Assembly (NCBI GenBank): GCA_963761335.1
Contig: CAVXGR010000021.1
Span: 242,395 to 306,394, forward strand
From: an uncultured delta proteobacterium
GTDB taxonomy: Bacteria; Desulfobacterota; Binatia; HRBIN30; BPIQ01
Reading direction: 5' to 3'
Length of the DNA stretch: 64,000 nt
The notes beneath the pieces were generated by a model. The model worked only from the letters and a program-made list of their open reading frames with translations, was not told the origin of the DNA and searched no databases. A program made the position numbers and the translations under genes. Below are positions 1 to 9,378 of the stretch, piece after piece; position 1 is the first letter of the stretch; each line of letters opens with the position of its first letter.

Positions 1-224
1 AGCACCAGGCGCCCCACCTGAAACAGCCGGTAGAGGAGGGCGGCACCGGGAACCGCGGCCGTAGCCACTCCGGTCGGGTAGGGGGTGCGACCGAGGGCCT
101 CCCACATCGCCTCGGGGGAGGGATGGCTGTAGAGGGCTTCCAGCGCCGCGCGGCCGAGGAGCGCGGAGAGCAGGGCGCGCACGCGGGCATTGGCGACCGC
201 ATAGCGGCGCAGATCACCGCGCAT
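1..224 (-). CDS. V/A-type ATP synthase subunit C (d), N-terminal part; runs off the window
   Basis: Own translation from ATG 224: MRGDLRRYAVANARVRALLSALLGRAALEALYSHPS, resembling the Y..NARVRA...LL N-terminus of subunit C; overlaps the stop of the upstream G/H-like gene. Confidence 0.7.
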   Translation of the reverse strand, partial: MRGDLRRYAVANARVRALLSALLGRAALEALYSHPSPEAMWEALGRTPYPTGVATAAVPGAALLYRLFQVGRLV

Positions 225-543
225 CGTCTTCCTCCGGAGAGAGGATGCACTGCACCACCGCCTCGACGGCGGCGTCGATGTGCGGCTCGGCGCGGGTGCG
301 AATGTCCGCCGCCCGCCGGCGCGCCTCGGCGAGAGCCCGCTCGGCACGCGTTTGCGCCTCGGCGGCGAGGCGTTCCTCCACGGCGCGCGCCAGCTTCTCT
401 TGGGAGGCGCGCGCCGTGGCGATCAGACGGGACGCCTCGGTCTCAGCCTCGCGGACCAGCTGCTCGCGTTGATCCTCGGCGGCCTTGTATTGCTGGCGCG
501 CCTCTGCCTCGGCGGCCAGGATCGTCTGTAGCTGTTGCAGCAC
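214..543 (-). CDS. V/A-type ATP synthase peripheral-stalk subunit G/H-like protein
   Basis: 109-aa Ala/Glu/Arg-rich coiled coil (LQTILAAEAEA...) directly upstream of the subunit C-like gene. Confidence 0.65.
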   Translation of the reverse strand: MLQQLQTILAAEAEARQQYKAAEDQREQLVREAETEASRLIATARASQEKLARAVEERLAAEAQTRAERALAEARRRAADIRTRAEPHIDAAVEAVVQCILSPEEDDAR

Positions 544-699
544 GGCTCACAGGCTCCTCGCCTGGATACTTCCGCTCTGCAAGGAACGTGCGCACGCCTC
601 CCGCGGATGAGAGTGTCGATTTTCTCAGCGGCATTCTCGATCGCGTCGTTCCGGATGGTGATCCCTCTCCCAGCCTCGGGAGGGCGAAGTCACCGGGGG

Positions 700-737
700 G
701 ACGGTATGAGGACCGGGGATGAGAATGGAGAATGAGG
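700..737. repeat. Single arm of the ~150-bp palindromic intergenic element
   Basis: GACGGTATGAGGACCGGGGATGAGAATGGAGAATGAGG is nearly the reverse complement of 19258-19295. Confidence 0.7.
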
Positions 738-751
738 AGGCTCAGACCCCC

Positions 752-2248
752 TCAGGGTGCCTGCCCGGTGTGGCACTCGCTGCACTTCATCACCTGCCAG
801 GCGCCGCCGATGTCCTCGGGGTGCTGGAACTCGAGTCCCCCGGGCTTGGCGGAGAACGCCTTGTTCCCCGGCGTTCCCTGGGCGACGATTGTGTGGCAGG
901 TGGCGCAGTCGGTGCTCACCGTCCGCCCGTCGGCGCTCTCATGGGCGCCGTCATGGCAGCGCTCGCAGCCGAGAAAGATGAGATGGCCGACGTTGTTCGG
1001 ATAGCCGTCCCAGCGCGCCTTCATCTCCGGGAAGAAGCTGCTCGTGTAGAGTCCCTGGATCTCCCGGGCGGCGCCCTCGATTTCGCCGCCGCGCTGCCGC
1101 AGCACGTCCGGGTAGTTGTCCTGATAGAACTTCTTCACGCCGCTATCGATGGCCGCCAGGGCCTCCGGGGTCGACGAGTAGTCCGCCGACAGCAGCTCGA
1201 CGCCCGTCTTCTTGATGAAGGGCAAGCTGGCATCGATGGTGCCCGTCGCCAGTGCCAGATTCATCTGGTAGCTGGGCGAGCGGAAGATGTGGCTCGGCCG
1301 GTTGTGGCAGTCGATGCAGTCCATGACGCGAATCTTTGCCGGGTCGAGATCCTTCTCGGAGAAGTCGCTGGTCTTGTAGACGGTGCTCTTGCCGGTACGG
1401 CGCTCGGAGATGCGCACCCAGGGGATGACCTGCCGATTCTCGTCGGTGGCCAGGTACTCGATGCGGTTGTCGATGTTCATGTGCCAGTGGATGCCCTCGG
1501 TCTGCGCCGACGCCGGACTGCCCCCGCCCGTCTTGATCAGCAGGTCGATCTCCCAGCGCGTGTTCTTCTCGTCGGGGAGAAAGTGGACGAGCTTGCGTTC
1601 CGTGGCCCCGAAGAACTGCTCCGGCCAGTGGCACTCCTCGCAGGTTTCCTGCGCCGGGCGCAGGTTCTCGATGGGGCCGGCGATTGGGCGGGGATACGCG
1701 TTGAAGGTGACGGCATACACCTGGTAGAGGCCCGACAGCTTGGAGCGCACGTACCAGCTGGCTCCCGGACCGACGTGACAGTCGACGCAGCGCACGCGCG
1801 CGTGCGGCGAGTGCTGGTAGGTGGTGAATTCCGGTTGCATGGCGGTATGGCAGAGGCGGCCACAGAAGGCGACCGACTCGGTCGACTCGTACGCCTTGTA
1901 GCTGCCGAAGGCGGTCAGAAAGAGCAGGAAGATGCTGCCCATGACGAAAATGAAGATGGCGCTCTGCTGCTGCGGGTCGTTGAGGTTGAGGACTGGAAAG
2001 CGCGGGATCGACTCGATTCCCGTGCGCCGGATCCGCCGTCGCTCGAACAGCATGCCGACCGGAATCAACGCCAGCCCGAAGAGCAGCACGGACGGCACGA
2101 TCATGAATATGACGATGCCGGCATACGGGGCGCTCTGGGTGCTGAAGGCCTGGAGCACCAGCAGGAACCCGAAGATCAGCAGGGAGAGGCCGGCGATGGC
2201 GGCGCCGAGATAGGTGGTCGGGTTGTGGACAATCTGCGGAAGCTTCAT
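752..2248 (-). CDS. NapC/NirT-family membrane-anchored heptaheme cytochrome c (ImcH-like)
   Basis: Three N-terminal hydrophobic helices; heme motifs CGRLCH, CVDCH, CEECH, CIDCH, CERCH, CATCH, CSECH; NapC-like SPHARVRCVDCH...KLSGLYQV segment. Confidence 0.85.
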   Translation of the reverse strand: MKLPQIVHNPTTYLGAAIAGLSLLIFGFLLVLQAFSTQSAPYAGIVIFMIVPSVLLFGLALIPVGMLFERRRIRRTGIESIPRFPVLNLNDPQQQSAIFIFVMGSIFLLFLTAFGSYKAYESTESVAFCGRLCHTAMQPEFTTYQHSPHARVRCVDCHVGPGASWYVRSKLSGLYQVYAVTFNAYPRPIAGPIENLRPAQETCEECHWPEQFFGATERKLVHFLPDEKNTRWEIDLLIKTGGGSPASAQTEGIHWHMNIDNRIEYLATDENRQVIPWVRISERRTGKSTVYKTSDFSEKDLDPAKIRVMDCIDCHNRPSHIFRSPSYQMNLALATGTIDASLPFIKKTGVELLSADYSSTPEALAAIDSGVKKFYQDNYPDVLRQRGGEIEGAAREIQGLYTSSFFPEMKARWDGYPNNVGHLIFLGCERCHDGAHESADGRTVSTDCATCHTIVAQGTPGNKAFSAKPGGLEFQHPEDIGGAWQVMKCSECHTGQAP

Positions 2249-2314
2249 GGTCGCTTGCCTTTTTGATGACCGGCCGGTTGCGCGAAACTACAGGTCTGGT
2301 AAGGGAGGCGCGCC

Positions 2315-4270
2315 ATGTCGGGGGTCGAACGGTGGGGTCGGCTGCTACTGCTGAGCCTCATGATCGTTTGTGCTTGTGCGGTCGCTGCTGGTGCTGCGGA
2401 CGAGGAGCTCGACAGCGAGGCCTGCCTGGCGTGCCACGGTACCGAAGGGTTCACCGGAGCGGAGCAGCAGCCGCTGTTTGTTGACAGCCAGGCGTTTGCG
2501 CATTCGGTTCACGGCGATCTACCGTGCACGACTTGCCATCAGGACGCAACCTCCATTCCCCACGAACCGAAGCTCGCCGCGGTGACGCTGGACACGTGCG
2601 CGACCTGCCACAGTGACGAGGTCGACGCCTACCGCCGCAGCAGTCACGGCAAGGCCCGCGCCAACGGCGAGAAGGAGGCCGCGAGCTGCACCGACTGCCA
2701 CGGCAACGTTCACCGCATCGTCCCTCATACCGATCCGACTTCGGCCGCGCACTGGACGAACCTGGCGAAGACGTGCGCCCACTGCCACGCCAACCTCGAT
2801 CTGATGCAGAGGCTGCAGATCCCAGTGGTGCGTCCGGTGGCTGCCTATCTGCAGAGCGTGCACGCGCGTGCCGTCGCCGCCGGCCGGCGCGGCGCCGAGT
2901 GCTCCGACTGCCACGGCTCGCATCTCATCCTCCCCTCCGTCGATCCGCAGTCGTCAATCTATCGGCGAAATGTTCCCCTTATCTGCGGCGCCTGCCACAA
3001 GGAGGTCCTTGCGAAGTATCAGATGAGCGTGCACGGTCAGGCGCTGGCGCGCGGCGTGACCGATGCGCCGGTGTGCACCGACTGCCACAACGAGCACGGC
3101 ATTCTCCCGATTACCGACCCGAAATCCCCGGTGTTCGCCGCTAACGTGCCCAGCGAGACCTGCGGCCGCTGTCACGGCGACGCGCGCATGAACGAGAAGT
3201 ACGGAATTCCCAGCGGCAACTACCTCGCCTTCGAGGACAGCTTCCATGGCCTGGCGTTGCGCGCCGGCAAGCTCAGCGTGGCGAACTGCGCCAGCTGTCA
3301 CGGCGTCCATGACATCCTTCCGTCGAGCGATCCGCGCTCGCAGGTGAACCCCCAGCACCTTCCCGAGACCTGCGGAAAGTGCCACCCGGGAGCGGGCGCC
3401 AGCTTCCCGCTCGGCCGCGTGCACGTATCGTCGAGCTGGAAGTCGGGCCCGGCGTCGTGGATCCGGCTGGTCTATCTGCCGCTGATCTTCTTGGTCATCG
3501 GTGGCATGCTGCTGCACAACTTCGTCGACCTCGGCCGCAAGGCGGTGGAGCCGCCACCGCCGGCGCCGCCGGTGGCGGCCGACGAGCCGGAGCGCATGCC
3601 GCGCGTGCTGCGCTGGCAGCACGGTCTGGTGATGATCACCTTCCCGGTCCTGGTATACAGCGGCTTCGCGCTCGTCTATCCGGAGAGCTGGTGGTCGACG
3701 CCGCTGCTGCACTGGGGCGTCGACGTGCGCGGTCTGACGCACCGGGTGGCCGCGGGCGTTCTGTTGCTGTCGCTGCTCTGGCACGCCGGCACCTTGGTCG
3801 CCAACCGCGGCGTGCGCCGCTGCCTGGGCGGCATGTGGCCGACCTGGGGAGACGTGCGGCAGTTCTGGGGGATGATCGGCTACTACCTCGGTCGCCGCTC
3901 GGCACGTGCTCTGGGCGGCGCCTTCACCTACATCGAGAAGGCCGAGTACTGGGCCTTCGTCTGGGGCATGCTGGTGATGACGCTGAGCGGCGGCCTGCTG
4001 TGGTTTGCCGACTTCTCCCTCCGCTTCCTGCCCAAATGGGTCACCGACGTGGCCACCGCCATCCATTTCTACGAGGCAGTGCTCGCCAGCCTGGCGATTC
4101 TCGTGTGGCACCTCTACTGGGTCATCTTCGATCCCGAGGTGTACCCGATGGACTGGAGCTGGTGGAACGGCCGCTCGCCGGCCAGCCGCGTCCACGAGCG
4201 GCACCTTCCCGAGGGCGGTGCCGAGACCGGCGCCGAGCCGTCGGGCGATGAGAACGCCGACGCCGATTAG
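2315..4270 (+). CDS. Multiheme cytochrome c fused to an FdnI/HydC-type cytochrome b domain (CbcL-like)
   Basis: Signal peptide, 11 CxxCH motifs, then a polytopic membrane domain with His in helices (WQHGL, LTHRV, AIHFYEA, VWHLY) and IEKAEYWAFVWG. Confidence 0.85.
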   Translation: MSGVERWGRLLLLSLMIVCACAVAAGAADEELDSEACLACHGTEGFTGAEQQPLFVDSQAFAHSVHGDLPCTTCHQDATSIPHEPKLAAVTLDTCATCHSDEVDAYRRSSHGKARANGEKEAASCTDCHGNVHRIVPHTDPTSAAHWTNLAKTCAHCHANLDLMQRLQIPVVRPVAAYLQSVHARAVAAGRRGAECSDCHGSHLILPSVDPQSSIYRRNVPLICGACHKEVLAKYQMSVHGQALARGVTDAPVCTDCHNEHGILPITDPKSPVFAANVPSETCGRCHGDARMNEKYGIPSGNYLAFEDSFHGLALRAGKLSVANCASCHGVHDILPSSDPRSQVNPQHLPETCGKCHPGAGASFPLGRVHVSSSWKSGPASWIRLVYLPLIFLVIGGMLLHNFVDLGRKAVEPPPPAPPVAADEPERMPRVLRWQHGLVMITFPVLVYSGFALVYPESWWSTPLLHWGVDVRGLTHRVAAGVLLLSLLWHAGTLVANRGVRRCLGGMWPTWGDVRQFWGMIGYYLGRRSARALGGAFTYIEKAEYWAFVWGMLVMTLSGGLLWFADFSLRFLPKWVTDVATAIHFYEAVLASLAILVWHLYWVIFDPEVYPMDWSWWNGRSPASRVHERHLPEGGAETGAEPSGDENADAD

Positions 4271-4286
4271 CTGGAAGGCCCCCTCC

Positions 4287-4751
4287 ATGCAGCAGCCGTT
4301 CAAGTGCGTGATGTTTCCGGTGGATTTCTCCGAGCACTGCGACCGCGCCGCTGCGCACGCGGCCTGGTTCACCCTCTCCAGCGGCGGGATCCTGCATCTG
4401 GTGCACGTCATCGCCAATCCGGCGGACGAGCTCTATACCCCGGAGGAGGTGCCGCACTGGGTGATGGTGGAGCACGCCGAGAAGAGGGCGCGCGAGATGC
4501 TCGAGAGATCCGCGCAGGAGTGCCTACCGGCCGAGTGCCCGCGGGAGTTTCACGTGCGCTCGGGCGACCCCTACGAGAAGCTCATGGAGGTCGCCGCCTC
4601 GCTGTCGCCGGACCTGATCGTCATGTCGAGCCACGGCCGCGGCGGCGTCGCCCATCTGGTGATGGGCCGCGTCGCCGAGAAGGTCGTGCGCCACGCTCCG
4701 TGCCCGGTGTTCATCGTGCCTCGTCCCCGGCCTACTGCCCCGCCAACGTGA
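4287..4751 (+). CDS. Universal stress protein (UspA family)
   Basis: FPVDFSEHC...DLIVMSSHGRGGVAHLVMGRVAEKVVRHAPCPVFIV; start taken at ATG 4287. Confidence 0.9.
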   Translation: MQQPFKCVMFPVDFSEHCDRAAAHAAWFTLSSGGILHLVHVIANPADELYTPEEVPHWVMVEHAEKRAREMLERSAQECLPAECPREFHVRSGDPYEKLMEVAASLSPDLIVMSSHGRGGVAHLVMGRVAEKVVRHAPCPVFIVPRPRPTAPPT

Positions 4752-6960
4752 AGGTGATGGCGCCGTCGCCGAACGGATTGATGTCGAGCGACGGAAAGCC
4801 GCCGACGATTGCGGCGCCGGTGACCACGCCGCCTCGCAGGGCTTCGCAGCTAAACGCCGAGCCCGTGGCCGCAGCGGTGCAGGTGAAGCCGCCGCAGCTG
4901 TCGTCCGGGGAGATCCGCCTGCTGTTGACGCGGTCGGCGTCGAAGATGCTGACCGACGCCGTTCCAGTGGTGAGCACGACGGGTGACTCCGTGGTGACTC
5001 CCGGCGTGTCGTCGGCCGTGCACGGCTGGCCGTCGGGGCCTTCCTGGCCGTTCTCCACCACGGTGATGCGGATGTCGGCGACGCTGATCGCGTCTCCGGC
5101 CCCCTTGACGCCGCTGAGCGCGAAGGATCGCGGGCTGTTGCAGATGCCCGGGTGCTTGGGGCTTTCCTGTGTGTCGCAGGGACTGCCCTCGACGCACGCG
5201 GTGGACACCTCCCCGTTGGGGTAGGAGATCGAGTCGTCGCACTCGGGGTCGTCCGGCAGCCCGGCGGCCGAGCCGCTGTTGTTCGTATTCCCCGGATTGG
5301 TGACGTGATCCTGGGCGATGTCGAAGTCGAGCTCCGGATCGCCGCCGTCACAGTCGATCGAGCCCGTGCCGTCCTCGACCAGCGTGACGCAGGCGTACCC
5401 GATTATGCCGATGCTCACGGGGTCGAGATGAAAGTCATCCTTGGGAATGACGATGCTGGCGAGGCCCGCGGCGTCCGGGGCGCCGATCTCCATCTTGAAG
5501 GAGCCGCTCATGGAGAGGTTGAGATTGGTGTTCTTCGCTTGCAGAACCGCCTTGCTGCTGCCGTTTAGCTGGACAACCACGGTGCCGATCGGGGCGATTG
5601 GCGTCGGAGTGAGCGTCGGCGTCGGCGGCACCGTCTCGAGCACCTCGGTCTGTTCCATCGAGGAGTTGTCCTGCAGATTCGGGTCCGGAATGGCGGAGAC
5701 GGCGCTGGCGGTGTTCGACACGCTCCCGGCAACCGCGGGGGCCGTGACCACCACCGAGACGTCGGCGGTGCTGCCGGCGGCGATCGTGCCGAGAGAGCAG
5801 GTCACCGCGCCGACGGCCGCGGTGCAGCTACCGGCGTCCGTGTCCGCCGACACCACCACGCCGCCGGCAGGCGGATTGTCGGTGAGGACGGCGGCGGTGG
5901 CGTCGAGCGGACCGCCGTTGTGCACGCGGATGACGTAGGTCACGTCGGTGCTCACCATCACCGGATCGGGCGAGTCGGTCTGCGACACCGAGAGGTCCGC
6001 CTGCGGCACCGGCGAGGTGTTGGTCGGTGTCTGGGTCGCCGTGCTGCTGGTCGTCTCGGTGGGCGTCGGCGTCGGCGTCGGCGGCTCGATGTGACAGCCC
6101 GGATCGCATCCGTCTCCGGGGTCGCGGTTGCCATCGTCGCATTCCTCGTTGCTGTCGATGACGCCGTCTCCACAGGTGCTCGGCCGGCACTCCACTCGCA
6201 GGGCGTCGGCGTCGTGCTCTCCCAGGACGGTGGTGGCGCCGACGCGGACCGTCTCCCGCCCTCGCAGCAGGGCGCCGGAGCGCTGCCGGCGCAGCGGCAC
6301 GGTCACGCCGAAGTCGGAGGTGCAGAGGTCGGGGGTAGAGTTCGGTGAGCCGCTCGAGAAGGTGCCATCGCGTCGGATTACGGTCAGGCCCAGCTCCTCG
6401 GCGGCCTGCTCGAGGGCCGCGGCGTTGGTGGCGTCGACGCCGTCGCGCGGGCGGTCGGGGCGCGGCTTCTTCACCTCGAAGGTGTCGACCGCGGACGGCG
6501 AGCAGGCGTCGAGACGTGCATCGTGGTTGTTGATGCAGAGGGCCACGGCGACCGAGCAGCTCTGGTTGTCGAGGTCGGGATCGAGATCGCAGCGCGGGTC
6601 GCCCTCGTAGCAGACGATGCGGTTCTTCGGCAAGCCGTTGCGGCGTAGATCGGCGGTGGCGGAGGTCCGCCATTCGAGGTGGCAATCGGTCTTCTCGCCG
6701 CCGTTGCCCGGAAGGCAGGAGCTCCCGGCGGCGCCGCCGGTACACTGGGCCGCGGCGGCCCCTGCCCACGAGAACAGGGCGGCGAGCGCCGCAAGCGCGA
6801 TGAAGGTATGGCCCCTGCGGGCCGGCCGCGTTTCTCGAGTTCCTCCCTCTGGTCGGCTCACCGGATTCCTCCTGTTCGCTGGGGGCGGCCTACCCGGCGC
6901 CGCCCTCGTCATCTCTGATTCTCCATTCTGCCCCGCCGGACCCGCCTGTAAATTTGTCAT
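4732..6960 (-). CDS. Secreted modular protein: Cys-rich domain, Myxococcus-type Cys repeat (DUF4215), Pro-Thr linkers, DUF11-like domain, Cys-containing C-terminal domain
   Basis: Hydrophobic signal (FIALAALAALFSWAGAAAA); CGDGVIDSNEECDDGNRDPGDGCDPGC; PTPTPT; ADLSVSQTDSPDPV...DPNLQDNSS. Start codon uncertain. Confidence 0.75.
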   Translation of the reverse strand: MTNLQAGPAGQNGESEMTRAAPGRPPPANRRNPVSRPEGGTRETRPARRGHTFIALAALAALFSWAGAAAAQCTGGAAGSSCLPGNGGEKTDCHLEWRTSATADLRRNGLPKNRIVCYEGDPRCDLDPDLDNQSCSVAVALCINNHDARLDACSPSAVDTFEVKKPRPDRPRDGVDATNAAALEQAAEELGLTVIRRDGTFSSGSPNSTPDLCTSDFGVTVPLRRQRSGALLRGRETVRVGATTVLGEHDADALRVECRPSTCGDGVIDSNEECDDGNRDPGDGCDPGCHIEPPTPTPTPTETTSSTATQTPTNTSPVPQADLSVSQTDSPDPVMVSTDVTYVIRVHNGGPLDATAAVLTDNPPAGGVVVSADTDAGSCTAAVGAVTCSLGTIAAGSTADVSVVVTAPAVAGSVSNTASAVSAIPDPNLQDNSSMEQTEVLETVPPTPTLTPTPIAPIGTVVVQLNGSSKAVLQAKNTNLNLSMSGSFKMEIGAPDAAGLASIVIPKDDFHLDPVSIGIIGYACVTLVEDGTGSIDCDGGDPELDFDIAQDHVTNPGNTNNSGSAAGLPDDPECDDSISYPNGEVSTACVEGSPCDTQESPKHPGICNSPRSFALSGVKGAGDAISVADIRITVVENGQEGPDGQPCTADDTPGVTTESPVVLTTGTASVSIFDADRVNSRRISPDDSCGGFTCTAAATGSAFSCEALRGGVVTGAAIVGGFPSLDINPFGDGAITFTLAGQ

Positions 6961-7052
6961 CTCCCTTAGGGCCCTAGCTCAGCCTTTATCGCGGGCCCCG
7001 AATCCGCCGGCGGTTGCCCATGATCGGCGAAGCGAGCTAAAGAAATCTTTAG

Positions 7053-7691
7053 ATGCACCAGGCGAAGGCAGAGACTTCTCCGCAGCCCGCGGTGTTCGTA
7101 GTCGACGACGACGCTGCCGTGCGGCAGTACCTGCAGTGGTTGATCGAGTCGATCGGTCTGCGGGCGGCGACCTTCGCCTCGGCGCGCGACTTCCTCGACG
7201 CCTACGAGCCGGAAAACCCGGGGTGCCTGATCCTCGACGTGCGTATGCCGGGGCTGAGCGGCTTCGATCTCCAGGCGGAGCTGAGGGCGCGAAACATCGA
7301 CATCCCCATCATCATGATGACAGCCTACGCCGAGGTGCCGATGGCGGTGCGGGCGCTGCACGCCGGAGCCATCGATTTCATCCAGAAGCCCTTCGACGGA
7401 CAGGTGCTGCTCGACCGCGTGCAGCAGGCGATTCTCCAGGACCACGACAGGCGGCGCGCGGAGGCCGAGAGGCGCGGCGTGCAGGCCCGGCTGTCGCGCT
7501 TGACCCCGCGGCAGCGCGACGTCCTCGGCGGGCTGGTCGCCGGCAAGCCGAGCAAGGTGATCGCCGCCGAGCTCGGCCTCAGCCCGAGCACCGTCGACGT
7601 GCACCGCAGCCGCATCATGGAGCGCCTCGAGGCGCAGTCTCTCCCCGATCTCTTCCGCCTCATCCTGCTCGCCAGCGGCGACCGGGAGTAG
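7053..7691 (+). CDS. FixJ-like response regulator (REC + LuxR HTH)
   Basis: VFVVDDD, LILDVRMPG, FIQKPF, LTPRQRDVL...SKVIAAELGLSPSTVDVHR. Confidence 0.9.
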   Translation: MHQAKAETSPQPAVFVVDDDAAVRQYLQWLIESIGLRAATFASARDFLDAYEPENPGCLILDVRMPGLSGFDLQAELRARNIDIPIIMMTAYAEVPMAVRALHAGAIDFIQKPFDGQVLLDRVQQAILQDHDRRRAEAERRGVQARLSRLTPRQRDVLGGLVAGKPSKVIAAELGLSPSTVDVHRSRIMERLEAQSLPDLFRLILLASGDRE

Positions 7692-7705
7692 CTCAGCGTG
7701 TCGGC

Positions 7706-7840
7706 GGCTCGGTTTCTCGGTGGCTCGGTTATCGGGTTCTCGAGTTGGCGAGTTATCGAGTCGTCGGCTTTGATGCCCCCCGAGCCAACTCCCAAACCCG
7801 ATAACCCGAGCTACCGAGCCACTGACCTACCGAGCTGCCG
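7706..7840. repeat. Degenerate 8-bp-period array in inverted arrangement (GGCTCGGT / ACCGAGCC type)
   Basis: Tandem units such as TTCTCGGT GGCTCGGT TATCGGGT followed by complementary units AACCCGAT AACCCGAG CTACCGAG, between convergent genes. Confidence 0.7.
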
Positions 7841-8938
7841 AAGCGGAATGGAGACGGAGAAGGTCGACCCCTGGTGGCTGTCGCTGGCCACGGTGATGCT
7901 TCCGCCGAGAAGCTCGACCAGGCGGTGGACGATGTAGAGCCCCAGGCCGGCACCGCCGGCGCCGCGCGAGGTTTTGCCGTGCGCCTGGCGGAAAGGCTCG
8001 AAGAGGTTCTGCAGCTCGTCGGCGGGGATGCCGATGCCGGTGTCGGCGACCGAGAAGCGCACGTCGCCGTTTGCCGCCCCGGCGGAGACGGCGACGCTGC
8101 CCTCCTCGGTGAACTTGATGGCGTTCTCGACCAGGTTCTTGAGCACCATCTTCAGCTTCACGGGATCGGTGTGCAGCGGCGGCAGAGACGACGCCACCTC
8201 CCAGCGCAGAGCGACCTTCCCCCGCTGCGCCGCCGGGATCTCCGTCTCCCCGGCGAGCTCGTCGATGAGCTCGTTCACCGACACCTCGTGCTCCTCGAGC
8301 TTCGACGCGGTGACCTCGGCTCGCGTCAGCTCGAGAGTCGCCTGGATCAGGCGAAGGGACTGCTTGGCGCGATCGTTCACCAGGCCGAGAATCCGGCGTT
8401 TCTCGGCCTCCATGTGCTGCGTGCGCGGATCGAGCGCGAGATCGCAGTACGAGGTGATCGCGAAGATGGTGTTGCGCAGCTCGTGCGACATGGTGGCGGC
8501 GAAGTAGGTCTTGACGACGTTGGCGCGCTCCAGCTTCTCGAGCATGCGGTGGCGTTCGACGGCGTAGCGCAGGCAGCGCACCAGCAGGCGGCCGTCGAAG
8601 TGCCCCTTGACGAGATAGTCCTGCGCCCCGGCCTGCACCAGCTGCGTGCCGAGCCGCTCGTCGTCGAGGCCGGTGAGCACGATGATCGGCAGGTCGGCGC
8701 GATGCTCCAGGGTGCGCGTCAGCGTGTCCACCCCGTGCGAGTCGGGCAGCGACAGGTCGAGGAGGACGAGGTCGATGCCGCCTGCGTCAATGCACTCGAA
8801 CCCTTCCTGCAGCGTCTCGACGTGATGCAGGCGAAAGTGGCCGGCCCCGAACGCGGCGAGGAGCTCGCGGAGAATGTCGGCGTCGTCGGGTTCGTCCTCG
8901 ACGAGCAGCAGGCGCAGGCGGTCGGCGGGCGTGCTCAT
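7811..8938 (-). CDS. Hybrid REC-histidine kinase
   Basis: N-terminal REC ([14 protein letters not shown]), H-box MSHELRN, NAIKF, DTGIGI, GAGLGL. Confidence 0.9.
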   Translation of the reverse strand: MSTPADRLRLLLVEDEPDDADILRELLAAFGAGHFRLHHVETLQEGFECIDAGGIDLVLLDLSLPDSHGVDTLTRTLEHRADLPIIVLTGLDDERLGTQLVQAGAQDYLVKGHFDGRLLVRCLRYAVERHRMLEKLERANVVKTYFAATMSHELRNTIFAITSYCDLALDPRTQHMEAEKRRILGLVNDRAKQSLRLIQATLELTRAEVTASKLEEHEVSVNELIDELAGETEIPAAQRGKVALRWEVASSLPPLHTDPVKLKMVLKNLVENAIKFTEEGSVAVSAGAANGDVRFSVADTGIGIPADELQNLFEPFRQAHGKTSRGAGGAGLGLYIVHRLVELLGGSITVASDSHQGSTFSVSIPLRQLGRSVAR

Positions 8939-9378
8939 GTGGGCGGCAGGCGCACGAGGTCGAGCCAGAACTCGTCGATGGTCTTCACCACCGCGAAGAA
9001 ATGGTCCAGGTCGAGCGGCTTGGTGATGTAGCAGTTGGCGCTCAGATCGTAGCTGCGGAGGATGTCCTTCTCCGATGCCGAGGTGGTGAGCACGACCACC
9101 GGAATGCGCTTCAGGCTCTGGTCGCGCTTGAGCTCGGCGAGCACCTCGTGGCCGCTCTTCCTCGGCAGGTTCAGATCGAGGACGATCAGATCGGGACGCG
9201 GCGCCTGGGCGTAGGGCGGCCGGCGGCGCAGGAAGTCGAGGGCCTCGACGCCGTCCTCGACGACGCTGACGCGGCTGCGCACCTGACCCTCCTTGAAGGC
9301 CTCGAGCATCAGGTGGCTGTCGTCGTCATTGTCCTCGACCAGGAGGATCTCCACCGGCTTCTGCCGAAGGCTCTCCAT
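8935..9378 (-). CDS. Single-domain response regulator, Rcp1-like
   Basis: [42 protein letters not shown]-terminus. Confidence 0.9.
   Translation of the reverse strand: MESLRQKPVEILLVEDNDDDSHLMLEAFKEGQVRSRVSVVEDGVEALDFLRRRPPYAQAPRPDLIVLDLNLPRKSGHEVLAELKRDQSLKRIPVVVLTTSASEKDILRSYDLSANCYITKPLDLDHFFAVVKTIDEFWLDLVRLPPT

Noticed and set aside
578..594. Sigma-54-like site upstream of the V-ATPase genes (GCGCACG-TTCC-TTGCA)
   Set aside because: The near-invariant -24 GG is CG; not supportable without TSS data.
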